Below, in pieces: positions 58,770-58,842 of a stretch of DNA of 58,842 nt. This DNA is from Cytophagales bacterium. GTDB taxonomy: Bacteria; Bacteroidota; Bacteroidia; Cytophagales; UBA9547. Every line of letters starts with the position of its first letter. Position 1 is the stretch's first letter. The stretch covers positions 1 to 58,842 of the forward strand of contig JAYVIX010000360.1 of NCBI GenBank assembly GCA_043769845.1, read 5' to 3'. A model generated the notes under the pieces. The model ran no database searches and had not been told where the DNA came from. It saw only the letters and a program-made list of their open reading frames with translations. The position numbers and the translations under genes are program-made.

Positions 58770-58842
58770 CTAGCTGCCGCAAGCCTCGCAAGCTTCAGGA
58801 TTGTCCAAAGAACAAGCCATGTCCGAAGCATTTTGGTCTTTC
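58770..58842 (-). CDS. 3' end of a gene continuing beyond the window (Cys-rich C-terminal tail)
   Basis: The open minus-strand frame reads ..KDQNASDMACSLDNPEACEACGS-stop, placed just upstream of the terminator. Identity is not determinable from 24 codons. Confidence 0.35.
   Translation of the reverse strand, partial: KDQNASDMACSLDNPEACEACGS

Noticed and set aside
1-58842. CRISPR arrays, tRNA/rRNA genes, integrases, transposases, IS elements
   Set aside because: I scanned the intergenic regions and the ORF list. There are no regularly spaced direct repeats, no tRNA-like cloverleaf candidates in gaps, and no recombinase or transposase motifs in any ORF. Small or degenerate elements could still be missed without tools.

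Overview
This 58.8-kb window looks like a chromosomal segment of a Bacteroidota bacterium. Supporting signs are T9SS-sorted cargo, a PorP/SprF gene, a CarboxypepD_reg-type TonB-dependent receptor, and TAnnTTTG-like -7 boxes. About 50 genes are mostly housekeeping: kynU (5' truncated by the window edge), lspA, xseAB, guaA, proB, aroA/aroQ, tadA, era, hisB, uvrC, an acyl-CoA dehydrogenase, OmpA/BamA-like envelope genes and two glycosyltransferases. Two compact defence islets interrupt this core. (1) nt ~5066-11280 holds an A+T-rich five-gene operon on the minus strand: C5-MTase, HTH controller, C5-MTase, McrB-like AAA+ subunit and LlaJI/McrC-like nuclease. It is inserted right after guaA and bounded distally by a diverged duplicate of the guaA 3' end. 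(2) nt 34893-36892 holds an ABC-type ATPase plus an HNH nuclease (Septu PtuA/PtuB-like), wedged between hisB and yyaL. Other content: a multiply frameshifted pectate-lyase/T9SS pseudogene (44345-45806), gene remnants around 11.2-12.2 kb and 19.5-20.0 kb, and several families of short dispersed repeats and palindromes in intergenic DNA. I saw no rRNA, tRNA, CRISPR array, integrase or transposase. I cannot point to an unambiguous, entirely new multi-gene system. The best candidates for a second look are the guaA-associated R-M islet (the N-terminal domain of its McrB-like subunit is unassigned), the Septu-like pair, and the unexplained repeat and palindrome families. All protein family calls come from motif recognition by eye, not from database searches.
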